Source: the human T2T-CHM13v2.0 reference genome, Homo sapiens | Length of the DNA: 64,000 bases | Strand: one strand, 5' to 3' | Assembly (NCBI RefSeq): GCF_009914755.1 | Contig: NC_060941.1 | In this document: positions 1 through 16,589 of the stretch, piece after piece | Layout: every line of letters begins with the position of its first letter | Position numbering within the stretch: the first letter of the stretch is position 1 | The notes under the pieces: generated by a model | Told to the model about the DNA's origin: nothing | The model's database searches: none | The model's input: only the letters and a program-made list of their open reading frames with translations | Program-made: the position numbers and the translations under genes

Positions 1-429
1 CCTTGCTTTCTAGCCCAGCTGGCCCCTCCAGGGAGAAATACCTTTTCCAGCTCTGCCACCACTTGGCCATGGTTTCAGGGTTGGCTTTCCCAGCTTACCC
101 AGGTCAGCAGGCAGCCCCTGACCAAAAGGTGGACTTTGCCAAGCTCTGGCAGAGCCTGGGCCAGACCCTCAGACCTTGGTTCTGCAGTTGGGGGGCTATG
201 AGCGTGGGCTCTGAAGGCCATCAGGGCTGGAAGGAACGTGGGAGAGTATCTGCTCCAAATACTCCCACTAGTGAGCCCTCAAGATGAGACCATTTTTTGA
301 GGTGGGGCAGAGACAAAGGAGACCCACTTTGTATCTCTTTACATCTTTGTAAAGATTGAACCCAGCCCCAGGACTGAGTTCAATTTGTGTCTACTCTCAA
401 AGTCACAGAGCCAGTGAATGACAGGTGTG

Positions 430-1155
430 ATACAGTCTCCAAAGACAAGTACCATGGATTTATTCCCTCCCTGGGTGCAGGCCACTATTCCACTGAGAGG
501 TGAAGTTTATTCTTCACCTCTTTGAATCTGGGCTAATTCTGTGACTGCTTTGATGAATAGATGCAAAAATGCATCACTTGAGGCAGAAGTGACATTCTGG
601 GACTTTTTTTTTTTAGACGAAGTTTTGCTCTTCTTGTCCAGGATGGAGTGCAATGGCGTGATCTCGGCTCACTGGGTTCAGGCAATTCTCCTGCCTCAGC
701 CTCCTGAGTAGCTGGGATTACAGGCATCCACCACCATGCCCGGCTAATTTTTTGTGTTTTTAATAGAGACAGAGTTTCTCCATGTTGGCCAGGCTAGTCT
801 CAAACTTCTGACCTCAGGTGATCCACCTGCCTCAGCCTCCCAAAGTGCTGGGATTACAGGTGAGAGCCACTGCGCCCGGCCCATTCTGGGACTTCTGAGC
901 TCTAACCTTAAGAAGATCAGCAGCTTCTGCGTCCTTCCTCTTAAAATGCACCTTCTTGGAAAACCCAGCTGTGAGGAATCTCAAACAGCCACGTGGAGAA
1001 CTGAGGCCCCAGCCAAGACTAGCAGGAGAGTGAGGCCATCCCAAATCCCCAGCAACCACCAGATGAAGCAGAACTGCCTGGTCAACCCACAGAGCCATGG
1101 AAAACAATAAAGTTGTTATTTTAAGATCTAAATGTTGGGGTAGTTGATTAGACAC
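430..1155 (+). mobile_element. MLT1-family (ERVL-MaLR) solo LTR interrupted by a minus-strand Alu (about 604-881)
   Basis: MLT1 motifs (CTTTGAATCTGGGC...GTGACTGCTTTG; AATAAAGTTGTTATTTTAAG...GGGGTAGTTG); the Alu is flanked by TSD ATTCTGGGACTT. Confidence 0.7.
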
Positions 1156-1288
1156 AGCAGTAGGTACCTGAAACACCAGGGCCTCCAGTTTCCTCTCCAC
1201 CAGGCTTCCTCTCAGAAGATCCCCCATCCCAGAAGGAATCCAGCCTGGTTGACAGAGCCCAGACCCTGTCTCTAAATAAATGAATAAA

Positions 1289-1665
<377 letters not shown>

Positions 1666-2020
1666 TTAGACCTTTTCTGGTGGCTGTGAAATTTGATCAA
1701 AGGGAAAAGTGTCAGTTGTTACTGTACCAAAGGCAGAAGGGTCAAGCTGGCATTTCATTCCGCTGTTCACTTTAGCAGTGGATAATGAATCTTGCTCAAT
1801 GTATAATTAACACAGGGCTGTAGCTAACGGCTAACTCTCCCATTTTGTAGATGAGGAAACAGACTAAATGGAGGCTGAAGGGACACTGTACATGGCCTCT
1901 GCCAAAGTTACCCTGCATCACTAACTTTTGCCTACTCCATACAAATAACCAGCAGCCCACAAACCTAGAATGGAAAGGTGTGTAAGCTGTATATGGCCTC
2001 CTGTATCAATGAACTATTGC

Positions 2021-2774
<754 letters not shown>

Positions 2775-2800
2775 AACCACCTATTTAAAACTGCAACCCG

Positions 2801-3456
<656 letters not shown>

Positions 3457-3867
3457 CTAGCCTCCTTCTCTGCTGTATTTTTCTCCCTAGTACTTCTCAC
3501 CAACTGATAGACTGTATGTTTTGCTTATTTAAGAATGGAAGCCCCATAAGGGCAGAGATCTGTGCTGCTTAGTTCACCGCTATAGCCCTAGCATTGAGAA
3601 CAGTATTTGGCACACAGTAGATGCTCAATGATTTGCTGAAGGAATAAATGACTAGGTGCTCTTATGACCACGCTGTATGAAGGTGAGTAAGGCTTGATTC
3701 CTGCCCACTTGGAGCTCTGTGTTCCAGAACCAGCTCCTAGGCCTACCCAGCTGAGAAGTGGACCTGGGTGAACCCACAGTGACCCCACCAAAGGGCAACT
3801 ACAATGTGGCCCAGGGTTGATAATGATTCATAGCAGGGGGTCAGAGAGGAAAGAATTCAAAAATTAT

Positions 3868-4448
<581 letters not shown>

Positions 4449-4454
4449 TTGTAA

Positions 4455-6205
4455 AACAGACTTCTAAAGAGCAGTTTTAGGTTCACAGCAAAACTAAGCA
4501 GAAAGCAGAGTTCCCTATATACCCATGGCCGCCGTATCTCCCTAGTCTCCCCTGCCATCAACATCCTCCACTAGAGTGGTACATCTGTTACAACTGATGA
4601 CCCTGCATTGACACATCATCATCCAAAGTACATAGTTTACACCAGGGTTCACTCTTGGTGTTGAACGTTCTATGGGATTTTTTTTTCTTTATTTTTCCCA
4701 GCCCAGAACCCCTCTATGGGTTTTGACAAATATATAATGATATGTATCCACCATTATATCATGCAGAATAGTTTTGCTGCCCTAAAAACTCTCTGTGCCC
4801 TATCTACTCATCCTTCCCACCCCTCAACCCCTGGCAACCATTGATATTTTTACTGTTTCCACAGTTTTGCCTTTTTTAGAATGTCATATAATACAGTATG
4901 TAGCCTTTTCAGTTTAGCTTGTCTCAGTCCGTTTTGTGCTGCTAAGACAGAATACCATAGACTAGGTAATTTATAATGCACAGAAATTTATTGGCTCGTG
5001 GGACTGAAGGCTGGGAAGCCCAAGATCGAGGAGCTGGCATTTGGTGAGGACCTTCTTGCTTCATCAACCCAGAGGCCGGGCAAAGAAGAAGGGTGGGAAG
5101 GCAAACTTCTTTTATAAGAAAACTACTTGCTCTATAATGAACCCACTCCTTTGAGAATGGCATTAATGCATTTATGAGGGTAGTGGCCCCATGACCCAAA
5201 CACTTCCCACTAGGTCCCATCTCCAAGACCACCACATTGGGGATCAAGTTTCTAACACATGAACTTTAGGGGACACATTCAAACCATAGCAGTAATATGC
5301 ATTTTCACTTAGTAATATACATTGAAGTTTCTTCTGTGTTTTTTTCATGACTTGGTAGTTCATTTCTTCCTTTTCACAGACTTAATTTTTCAGAGCAGTT
5401 TTAGATTCACGCAAAACTGAGCACAAAGTACAGAGAGCTCCCACATACTCTCTGCCCTCCCAACTGCACAGCTTCCCCTGAACAAGAGTTGTGCACTTGT
5501 TATAACTGATGAAAAGGTCCACTTTATTTTTTCTTGTGCTGTGTTGTCCAGGCTAGGGTACAGTAGCACAATCATAGCTCACTGCAACCTTGAACTCCTG
5601 AGCTCAAGTGATCCTCCTGCCTCAGCCTACCAAGTAACTAGGACTATAGGTGCTATCATGCCTGCCTTGTTTTAGTTTACTTTTTGTAGAGATGAGGTCT
5701 CACAATATCGCCCAGACTAGTTTCTAACTATTGGCCTCAAGTGATCCTCCCACCTTGGCCTCCCAAGGGAAGCCTGGGATTACAGGCATGAGCAACCATA
5801 CCCAGCCTTTTGCCCATTTTTAAGTGAGTTGTTTGTTGTTGTCGAGTGGTAGGAGTCTAAATTTTATTTTGGATAACAATTCCTTATTAGATATCTGATT
5901 TGCAATATTTTCTCCCATTCCACAGATTGCCTTTCATTCTGTTGTTTCCTTTGCTGTGCAGTTTTTATAAAGTCTGACTTGGTCCTATTTGTCTATTCTT
6001 GCTTTTGGGGTCATATCTAAAAAAATCATTGCCACATCTAATGTTGTAGACCTTTCCCCCTGTTTTCTTTCAGGATTTTTATAGTTACAGGTCTTATGTT
6101 TATGTCCTGAATCCATTTTGAGGTAATTTTTGTATATGGTGCTAGGTTAGGGTCCAACTTCATTCTTTTGCATGTGGATATGCGGTTTTTCCAGCATCAT
6201 TAGTT
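4455..6205 (-). mobile_element. Old L1M fragments with nested MST LTR and AluJ (about 5524-5807)
   Basis: L1 3'-end motifs (GAGCAGTTTTAGGTTCACAGCAAAA, CCCCTGGCAACCATTGAT) and ORF2-derived sequence at 5810-6200. Confidence 0.7.
4920..5291 (-). mobile_element. MST-family (ERVL-MaLR) solo LTR
   Basis: Termini TGTCTCAGTCCGTTTTGTGCTGCTA ... GGGACACATTCAAACCATAGCA are typical of MSTB/C/D. Confidence 0.85.
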
Positions 6206-6216
6206 GAGTCCAGAGA

Positions 6217-6768
<552 letters not shown>

Positions 6769-7838
6769 CTAATTCCCCCCTTTATTTAATTTAAAGAAAA
6801 TAAAAGATTTACCAAAAAAGTATACAGTATCCTAATAGGCACTCGTGTTCCCACCTCTGCCTCTTCCATAGAATAGAAACAAAACAATGCCAATTAAGTT
6901 AAAGTCCCCTTTGTCCCCCATCCCCAGTCCCAGGCTCCCTCTCTGTTTTTCCAGTAAATTTTCACGTGTGTTTCTGGGCTCTGCCTAAGCTGACAATCAG
7001 TCCTTTGAATCCGCATGGTTCCTTTTCATCGTGACCTACTGTTCCGCGGTATGAGAGACCACATGATTCTGCCATTCGGGTCGCCATGTCATCCCTGGGG
7101 GCCTCTCCTAGCGTGCCCACCTCGGCTCCTCCGGGGCAAGGTCATCCAGGCTACACAGATGCTCAGAGTCCTCCTTGCCAGGGGCTGCAAGGGGAGCGGG
7201 CTGAACCCGAGGAAGGTCGTGCTTCGTGCAGGGCCAGCGAGGGAAGGTCACCTCCCGGCGCCCCGAGCCTGGCCCCATGCCCCAGGCTCCCCGCGTCTTC
7301 CTCGGAGCGCTGGCCCCGTCCCAGTCCCCGCCCCCGGCCGCGCCGCCCTTCTTGGCTTGCGCCCTGGTCCCCACCAACCCCGCCCGAGCCCCCACGGACC
7401 CTGCCCGGCCCGACGGAAATGACCCGGCCAGGGTCACACACGGCCCCTGCCCGCTCCGCTGCGGCCATCTCCGCTTCCGCTTCCGCTTCCGCCGAGGCTT
7501 CTTTCCGACTCAGGCACGGCTCTGTGCCGTAGCTTTCGACCCCACCGCCAGGCCGCTGCCCGCTCTAGGCGTGGGCTGGGTCTCGGGGCATCGCTCGCGG
7601 CGGGCGCGGGGCGAGAGAGGAGGGAGGAGGGCCGGGCTTCTCAAGACGCCGGTTCGGGTCCCGCAGGCGGCGGGCGCGGGACGTGCCCCTGACCGGGCGG
7701 GAGCGGTGCTCGCAGAGTCAAGCCCGGGCTTGCGGGTGGGGCTTGCGGGGGCGGGACCGGGGGCGGGGCCGAGGCCGCAGCTCCCAGCCGGTACCACCTC
7801 CCCTCCACTGAGAGATTCCACCGGTCCCTGGGCTGTCA

Positions 7839-7910
7839 GGCGCGGTGGCCAAGTGGTAAGGCGTCGGTCTCGTAAACCGAAGATCGCGGGTTCGAACCCC
7901 GTCCGTGCCT
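7839..7910 (+). tRNA. TRT-CGT4-1: tRNA-Thr, anticodon CGT (probably tRNA-Thr-CGT-4-1)
   Basis: Complete cloverleaf: acceptor GGCGCGG/CCGTGCC plus discriminator T; D arm GCC-AAGTGGTAA-GGC (A box); anticodon stem TCGGT/ACCGA with loop CT-CGT-AA (CGT at 7871-7873); T arm GCGGG-TTCGAAC-CCCGT (B box). Locus number is from memory of the chr17 copy. Confidence 0.97.
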
Positions 7911-7948
7911 GAGACCCGAGGTAGGGCTTTGGCTGTGGGGAAGTCGGG

Positions 7949-7988
7949 TTTTCTCCACGTACGCCGTCCCTTCTACGTGGCATTTTTT
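7949..7988 (+). terminator. Pol III terminators of the tRNA gene (T4 at 7949-7952, T6 at 7983-7988)
   Basis: First T-runs of 4 or more downstream of the tRNA 3' end. Confidence 0.7.
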
Positions 7989-8994
7989 CCATTTTCGGAT
8001 TCTGCTCAGTCGCCCTCCAGTTCGTCTCCTGCCCCGGGCTCCGCGGTCGGCGGGGGCCGGTGCACCTGGGCTTCGAGACTCCAGGGTCCACCTTACAGGT
8101 GAGCTCGGCCCCCGCCGCGCCGCGCTGCGCCCTCGCCGCCGGTCCCCGCGTCTCCTTTCCCCCAGCCGCATTTCACAGAGCCGGAGTCGTCTTCACTGCT
8201 TCGCCGATGGGGACACTAAGGTCCAGGTGGCCCGCGGGGACTCGGGTCCCGCCCGATTTGCGAGTGTTATGGCGGGGCAACTTTCCAGAGAGGGTGCCTG
8301 AGTTTCCCGAACGGTGGTTTCTGGATTGTTCTTTGGAAGGTGAATTATGCAGGCCATGCGCACTGCCTGTCTTCCTGTCTACAAAGCAAACCAGATTGTT
8401 CAACTGGTGGGTGCTTCTTTTCCAGTCCTGGTGAACTGATCCTTTGAATCTGCCCCCAGCCAGTTATGACACTCCCCACATCATCTCTAGGATAAACAGT
8501 CTGATTTAACATATTAATAACATGACATTGAGCGCCTCCTCCCATTCCTGGACCCTCTTTTTGATACACTGCTCTGTCTGTCCTCCTCTTCAATTGTTAA
8601 CACTCCCTACCGAACATACTACTCCAGACAGAGTCTTATGAATGGAACTTCACCTCCCTCATTCTATACCCCATACTTCTGTTAATGTAGCCCTGAAAAA
8701 CCACATTACTTTCTCTGAGGCCTGTTGCACAGATGACCATGAGGAGCTTTAGGTGGACTGAATGTCAGAAGAGTCTCAGGTTATCAGAAGAGAAGGTATA
8801 AGGCCCAGGCAGCAGAGAAATATTGACCTTTTCTCTAAGATCCCAATAAATGGAAGAGACGCTCTTGGCTTTTGAAGGTAATGCCGAGCTAGGGTGTCAG
8901 TGTCATCATGAAAGTGTTATTAAATACAAATTGAGGCCTTTTTTGACAAGCGCCTCAGCCTAAACAGAGTCCAGATATTCAGGCATAGAAATAG

Positions 8995-9415
<421 letters not shown>

Positions 9416-9514
9416 AAACATTGGGTTTTCTGAAGGAGCTGGAGCAGAGAATTCCACCCCAGCGGAGGGCAGAGGGACAAGCCAAGCCGAAGTCAATATA
9501 AGAGAAGTGCAAGG

Positions 9515-10015
<501 letters not shown>

Positions 10016-10735
10016 TCAAGTATGGATTCCAGGTCAAGTTTTGTGAGAGGAACTAGAAGTGAAGGCAAGTCAGATACAAGCACCAGGGTGAGCCTGGGGA
10101 ACAGAAATCTTGTAATTACCTTGAAGGCCAGCAGGTATCTACATGCACCCCTGTGGAGCCAGGGGTAGGTCATTGGCTTAAAGAATAAGGACAGAATTGA
10201 AGGCAGGGGCAGAAAGGGACACATATGTTGAGTTTGTTGCATGACCTCCATTAAATCGCTGATACTCCCTGGACTTCAGCTTCCTTAGTTGTAAAATTCT
10301 ACAGTTGAAAGAGCTATGTCCTAAATGCCTTGTGTCCTGAAATTCTAGGTTTCTACCTCAGAGCCTGGACCTTGCAGAAGCAAGGGGATCACAGGCCACC
10401 CCACCCATCATAGTAGCCCCTTCTGCAATGGGGCTTGACCATTGCAACCTCATGATGAGATGTGACCAGGGCTCCTCCATCCAGGGAGTTATAAGCAGTC
10501 CTCCCTGATGGGAAGCGCTGGAGCTGCAAAGGCTCCGCCCATGCTGGTTACCCCTGGTAGAGTCCTCCCTTTTGCTCCTCCTTAGTGTCCAGGGCAAAAC
10601 ATAGGGCCTCTGGTACTGCATTTTGAGAGCCACGCAGGCAGACACAGTCATTTGTGGGCAGCTAAAACCTCCAGGATATTTTTAAAAACATAGACCAGAA
10701 TTTGGCAAGTCTATATATTATGCCTCATTCTATAA

Positions 10736-11075
<340 letters not shown>

Positions 11076-13635
11076 CAAGAAATATGTTTTTAAATCTTTT
11101 ACCATACAATAAAACAAATTTGAAAACCACACAAATCAAGTGAATGCCTTAATGAATTGTAAGGGGAACACTATCCAAATTAGAGAATTTTGCCGGATAC
11201 CCCAGAAACCCTTTTTATGTGTCCCCCCCTAATCACAACCTCCCCAGGGCCATAAGTATCCTTACCCTCTAATCACTTCCTTGCATTTTAGTTTATCACC
11301 TAATTGAGCATCGCGACATCTTTGTACACTATAGTTTAACTTTGCTCATTTAAAAAAATGGATAGAAGCTTTTTTTTTCAATCAGGAGGTACCCCTTCCT
11401 TCCCTTTCATTTCCTGGCAGTGTGTCTGTTGAGGACCCTGGGCCACTGCACCTGGAGGGTTTCCCACAGTCTAGATCTTGCTTACTGCAAACTCTTGGTG
11501 CAACCCAGTAAGCTCCTCAGTCCTCAGTACTTCCTGCAAATCAAATTGGCAGTTAGATCCAGACGCTGGATCGGAGTCAGGTTGGTTGCCTGTGGCGAGT
11601 CTCTGGTATTACCTCCTCTGAGAAGCCTCTGATTCCCCCAGGTAAGGAGTCCCTCAGTTTCTTGTCTGGGACCCCTCTGTGTGTCTCACACCATACTTGG
11701 AAGCCCCTTAGGACTTGGATGGTGTCTCACTCATGTCTGTGTTTCCAGCAGCTGGAACAGAGACAGAGCCTTGGCACAAGGAAGGTCCTGACCTGAAGGG
11801 CTAAGGAAGACTTCCCTGAGGAGTGACATTGTGGCTGGGCTCTGCAGGATGAATACGAACTCACCAGAGCACAACCAGATCTTGGGTATCTCTGCCCTCA
11901 TTCAGTCATCTTTGACACTCAAATATCATGATCTAGGTTGCATCTAAGCAGGCAGGGGTTCTTTTCTTTCCGCAGTGGCCTCTCTAACCTGCAGGTAAAA
12001 TCAATTTTTGAATTAAGAAACAAATTCTCATTCTCTGTAGATGGTTTTATTAGCAAACCCCAAAGGTCTAACCCCATACTTGGGGACAAATTTACCAATT
12101 TGGAATAATACACTGATAGAAATGAAACCAGCCAACCCTCTCATTTCACACTGCAGAAACAGGCAAAGAGAAGGAAAGTGATTGTTCTAGGTCACCCAGA
12201 AAGCTCTACTTTTATCATAGATATTATGCTTGTCTACAGCATGAGCTCAAATCTTCTAGGAAAAGTCATCTTCATTATTAACTTGACATGCACCCAGGAG
12301 ATGGTCTATCTCTTTGCCAGCCTGTAGGCCAAACTGGCACCTCACTTGTCAAACACTCATGCCTGATCGATAGGAACAGCAGATGGTGACCAAAATCACT
12401 ATACTTGATTACAATATTAAGGCTTTAGGGGCAAGAGAGGGACACAGATATACACTGTCAAAGGTTGGAATCCCCAGAAGGCAGACCCCTAGACAGAGCT
12501 TAATGTGCAGAATGCTTATTCCACCTGGGAAAGGGTGGGAAGCAGGTGTGAAATGAGGGAGAGCCCCCCTCCCCCACCACTCACTGGATGTGGGCTGTCC
12601 AGAGAGCTTAGACTAGGCGGCTCTAATGGCAGAAGACAGTCTGTTGACAGCACTCCAAGCAGCTGGGACAAACCCTTTCTTGAAGGGGTAACATGGCACA
12701 GTGACCATCACACACAGAGTGGGAACTTAAAGACAAGAATCAATTCAGTCACAGAGAGTGAGGGCAAAGATAAAGCTCATAGGCCAAAGGCTTAACTTCT
12801 GGATCAAGGGCTCTAATATTTTCCAGACATGTGCTTTGGCTACTGAAAGCATTTCAAAGAACACTGAGTAAGAGGGCTGGGACCTGGGGCCAGTAGGGAT
12901 CACTGTGTGACCTCACTTCCCAGGAGTCATCCTCAGCATCACGTGCAGAAGGCCAGCCTGGGTAGGGAGCCTCAGGTCACCTGCCTCCTCCCCAGACCCC
13001 ATCATCCAGGAAAACTGAATTCAGCTGAAAGCACAGCCATGGCATTGCTGAAATATGACAACACCTGGAGACAATGGATTCCTTTCTGGGGAATTTACCC
13101 CTCTGCTGCTGCTTGAGGGCAAGCGTCCTGTCTTCTCTTCCCCTGGTATATAAAATGAGGCTCTTCATTTGTTGGCTGAATGAATGAAGGTCAGAAAAAG
13201 AAAACTCAACTTCTCATCCTCCAGTAATGGAACAATCAAGTTGGGAGAAATCACAGAGAAAAAAATCACGTCCCAATTTTGCTGATGAGGAAACTGAACT
13301 TCAGAGGCAGGAAATAACTCTCAGAAGGTTGCAGAGAAGGTGAGGAATCGAAACAGGCCATAAGCAGTGACAAGTCTGGTAATGCCAGAGTAGTTTTTCT
13401 GCAGTAAAGATTTCCCTTCCTGCTTGCCTTTCCCCTGATTCTGGGGCTCTCCCTTGGTCCAGATCATTTGGGCCGAGAGAAACAAAACCCAGGTGCATTG
13501 CCATCTAAGCAGAATATGCTGAGAAAATCACCCTCACAAATTCCATAGTCACCTACAAAGTACTTCAGGTTATCACCAGCCCTTTTCTCCCTCTGGTCCC
13601 CAGGATGCGTATGTCTTCTCTCAGAACTCTTTCTG

Positions 13636-13924
13636 GGCCGGGTGCAGTGGCTTACACCTGTAATTCCAGCACTTAGGGAGGCTGAGGCAGGAGGATCACC
13701 CGAGGTCAGGTTTCACTAACATGGTGAAACCCCGTCTCTACCAAAAATACAAAAATTAGCTGGGCATGGTGGCGGGCGCCTGTAATCCCAGCTACTAGGG
13801 AGCCTGAGGCAGGAACCTGGGAGGCGGAGGTTGCAGTGAGCCGAGATTACGCCAATGCACTCCAGTCTGGGCAACACAGTGAGGCTCTGTCTCAAATAAA
13901 TAAATAAATAAATAAATAAAAATA
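13636..13924 (+). mobile_element. Alu with two short internal deletions and (TAAA)n tail
   Basis: Alu consensus with gaps at about 13710 and about 13813. Confidence 0.85.
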
Positions 13925-14233
13925 ACAGAGAGATGTTAATATCATCATCATCATGGTATGTTCTTGAAGTTCTCAAACAGCAGGAGGTAACCCTGTTAAG
14001 TGAAACCAATTTAACAGCTTGTAAACAGCATTCTAAAAATGAAACGGTAACACAGAATATATATTTGAGTGCATAAGAATTGTTTCATAAAACATTTGTT
14101 TTACACATGTACATAGATACATACACATATATACATACGTACACACACAGGTATTTCCTATCATGGGGCATGACTGAGTTTGAAAGCTACTGTTCTAAGG
14201 CAACATTTCTCTAAAGATGATTGAAAGGAGTGT

Positions 14234-14563
14234 TTTTCTTTCTTTTCTTTTTTTTTTTTTTTTAATTTTTGAGACAGGGTCTCACTCTGTTGCTCAAGCT
14301 AGGGTGCAGTGGTATGATCACAGCTCACTGCAGCCTCAACCTCCTGAGCTCAAGTGATCCTCCCACCTCAGCCTCCCGAGTAGCTGAGACTACAGGTGCG
14401 CGGCACCATGCTTAGCTAATTTTTTTTGTTTGTTTTTGTTTTTGTAGAGACATGGTTTCGTCAGGTTGCCTAGACTGGTCTTGAACTCCTGAGCTCAAGC
14501 AATCTGCCTGCCTTGGCCTCCCAAAGTGCTTGTGGCTTACAAGCCTGAGCCACTGCGCCTGGT
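14234..14563 (-). mobile_element. AluJ
   Basis: AluJ-type ATCACAGCTCACTGCAGCCTCAACCTCCTGAGCTCAAG. Confidence 0.85.
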
Positions 14564-15690
14564 CTATTTTTCTAACTTTAGTAATTTGCATTTGCATACC
14601 ACTGCCATTATTGTTGTCATATCAGAATACTACCTATAACATTATTTACTAAATTCTTGTCTTTGAGTTGGCTCACTTTAACCATTTTTGCCTCATTGTA
14701 ACAGCAATATTCAGAAAATTTATATTTAATACTACATATTACATTTTTTTCCATCTAAAACCATCTCTCATATGAGCACCACCTTTTGGGAAACGCTGGT
14801 GGCAAGGAGTGTCACATGCAAAAGCCCCTTCCAGAAGTCAAGCTGGGAGCCAGAAAAGCTGTATGATGTTGGGATGTTGGGTGAGCCCCCACCCCCTGCC
14901 CCCGGGGTCCTTCTCTGCCCCTGGAGGCAGGCCCAGTCCTGCTGCTGGGTATCCCAAGTTCTTGTGGTTGACCTTCCCGCAGTGGCCACCTCAGGAAGAA
15001 AAGGGCAGGCCCTATCTGCCTGTGGACTGGATCTTTCTTGGGATGTTCCCGCCAGTGGAAAAGGCCAGGACCTCGATCTGCCTTTCTGTAGTGAGCTGCA
15101 TCCTGCTGCTGCCCCAAGATCGAAGAATTTCCTTTCTTGTCCAGCTTTGATTCCATTGATGGGATTAGGCACCCCCCATGGCCGTGTCCTTTGATGTGGT
15201 CAGGGGGTAGCAGGGAGATTTCAGGCCCAGGGAGCAAATCTTAATCTTCTTCGAGCTTCTCTGGGATCAGCACCGGGGTAAACCCATTACAACCCTGCCC
15301 TTTCATCCCCCCAGGACACCGGCTCCTCCCGGCTCCTGAGTCTCAGAGATCCTAAGGGTTTGTCAGATTTGGAGCGAGCAATAAAAGGGGAAGAGAAAGC
15401 AGAACACTAACTCCAGACCCCCTCCAGCCCCGGCTGCATCTCCAGCAACGTCAGGGCATCTTCTTTCTTCCCTTCTAATCCTGCGCTCCCACAAAATGGC
15501 GATTACAGAGGCCTGGGGCCAGCGCTGTCCATGCTCCAGCACTGGGCATCTCTGCCAGCGCTTGGCCGCCATCCCTCCCCCAGCTACGCACTCCTGGGAG
15601 CACCAGCTCCTGGACATGTCCTACCCAGGGATCCCGATGTGGGGATCAGATAAACCAGATATACCACTCAACCCTTACCAAAGTGAAGTT

Positions 15691-15955
15691 TAGAGACAGG
15701 GTCTCCCTCTGTCACGCAGGCTGGAGTGCCGTGGTGCGATCATAATTCACTGTAGCCTCTAACTCCTGGGCTTCAGCGATCCTCCCACCTCAGGTGTGTG
15801 CCACCACGCCCAGCTAATTTTTTTTTTTTTTAACTTTTTGTAAAGACAGAGTCTCACTATGTTCCCAGGCTGGTCTCAAACTCCTGGGCTCAAGCAATCC
15901 TGCCTTGGCCTCCCAAAGTGCTGGGATTACAGGTGTGCGCCACCGTGCCCAGCCT
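15691..15955 (-). mobile_element. AluJ, internally deleted
   Basis: Alu consensus in reverse. Confidence 0.82.
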
Positions 15956-16589
15956 CATAGTGAGATTTAAAGGCATGATCTGGGTTGGTGAGGCCAGGAA
16001 AGAGAAGGCAGGAACATAGCTAATATCTATGTCGGGACACAAACAGATATGTCACGTTATTTTCTTTAAATGGCTCCAAATCTCGACCTGAAGAGGTTGG
16101 GAAACTCAACCTCAGTGGTTATTTGGGCTTCCCCATCACCCACGGTGCCTGGAATCCTGGCCATCTTGAGGCTGGGGATCTTGGTAGAGGCCTGGTTCAG
16201 GTCCCAGAGGAGACACGCAGTTACTCTCCCACATCCTGGCGTCTCCGGAGAGACAGTGGGGCAGCAGGTCTCCACCAAGGGGATTCCACTGACCTCCCAC
16301 CCCTCGCTAATCTTGGGACAGCTCTTACTCAGCCTCAAAGCTTTTCTGTCCCACTCCTTTTCCACAGTCTCCCTAAAGGAACTCAGCTTTTCAAACAGCA
16401 CAGCCAGGAAGAGAGGTTGTCTGCAGGCCGCTGGAACTGGGAGTTGAAAGCACGAAATTTTAACATCTCAAGAAAGTATGCTGCCCGGTACTATGCTTGG
16501 CACTTTAATTTATAATCTTTGCCACCAAAGCCCTGCCAGAAGTGCCCGGCGGCTCCAGGTTCTAGATGGGGAAGTTGAGGCCGGCGGCA

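Larger units (their letters stand above)
7000..8300. promoter_or_regulatory. CpG island around the tRNA, with GC boxes, a triple ETS/GABP repeat and a YY1-like motif
   Basis: Dense CpG and very high GC; (CGCTTC)x3 at about 7472-7492 (CGGAAG on -); GCGGCCATCT at 7461-7470; GGGGCGGG boxes at about 7747-7768. Confidence 0.85.

Noticed and set aside
4455-5520. Similar segments at about 4460 and about 5380
   Set aside because: Both are L1M 3'-end motifs, explained by TE homology rather than a novel duplication.
7015-8434. Long overlapping ORFs (up to 228 aa) across the tRNA CpG island
   Set aside because: Stop-poor GC-rich DNA open in many frames, Pro/Arg/Gly/Ala-rich, no recognisable domain, and overlapping the tRNA.
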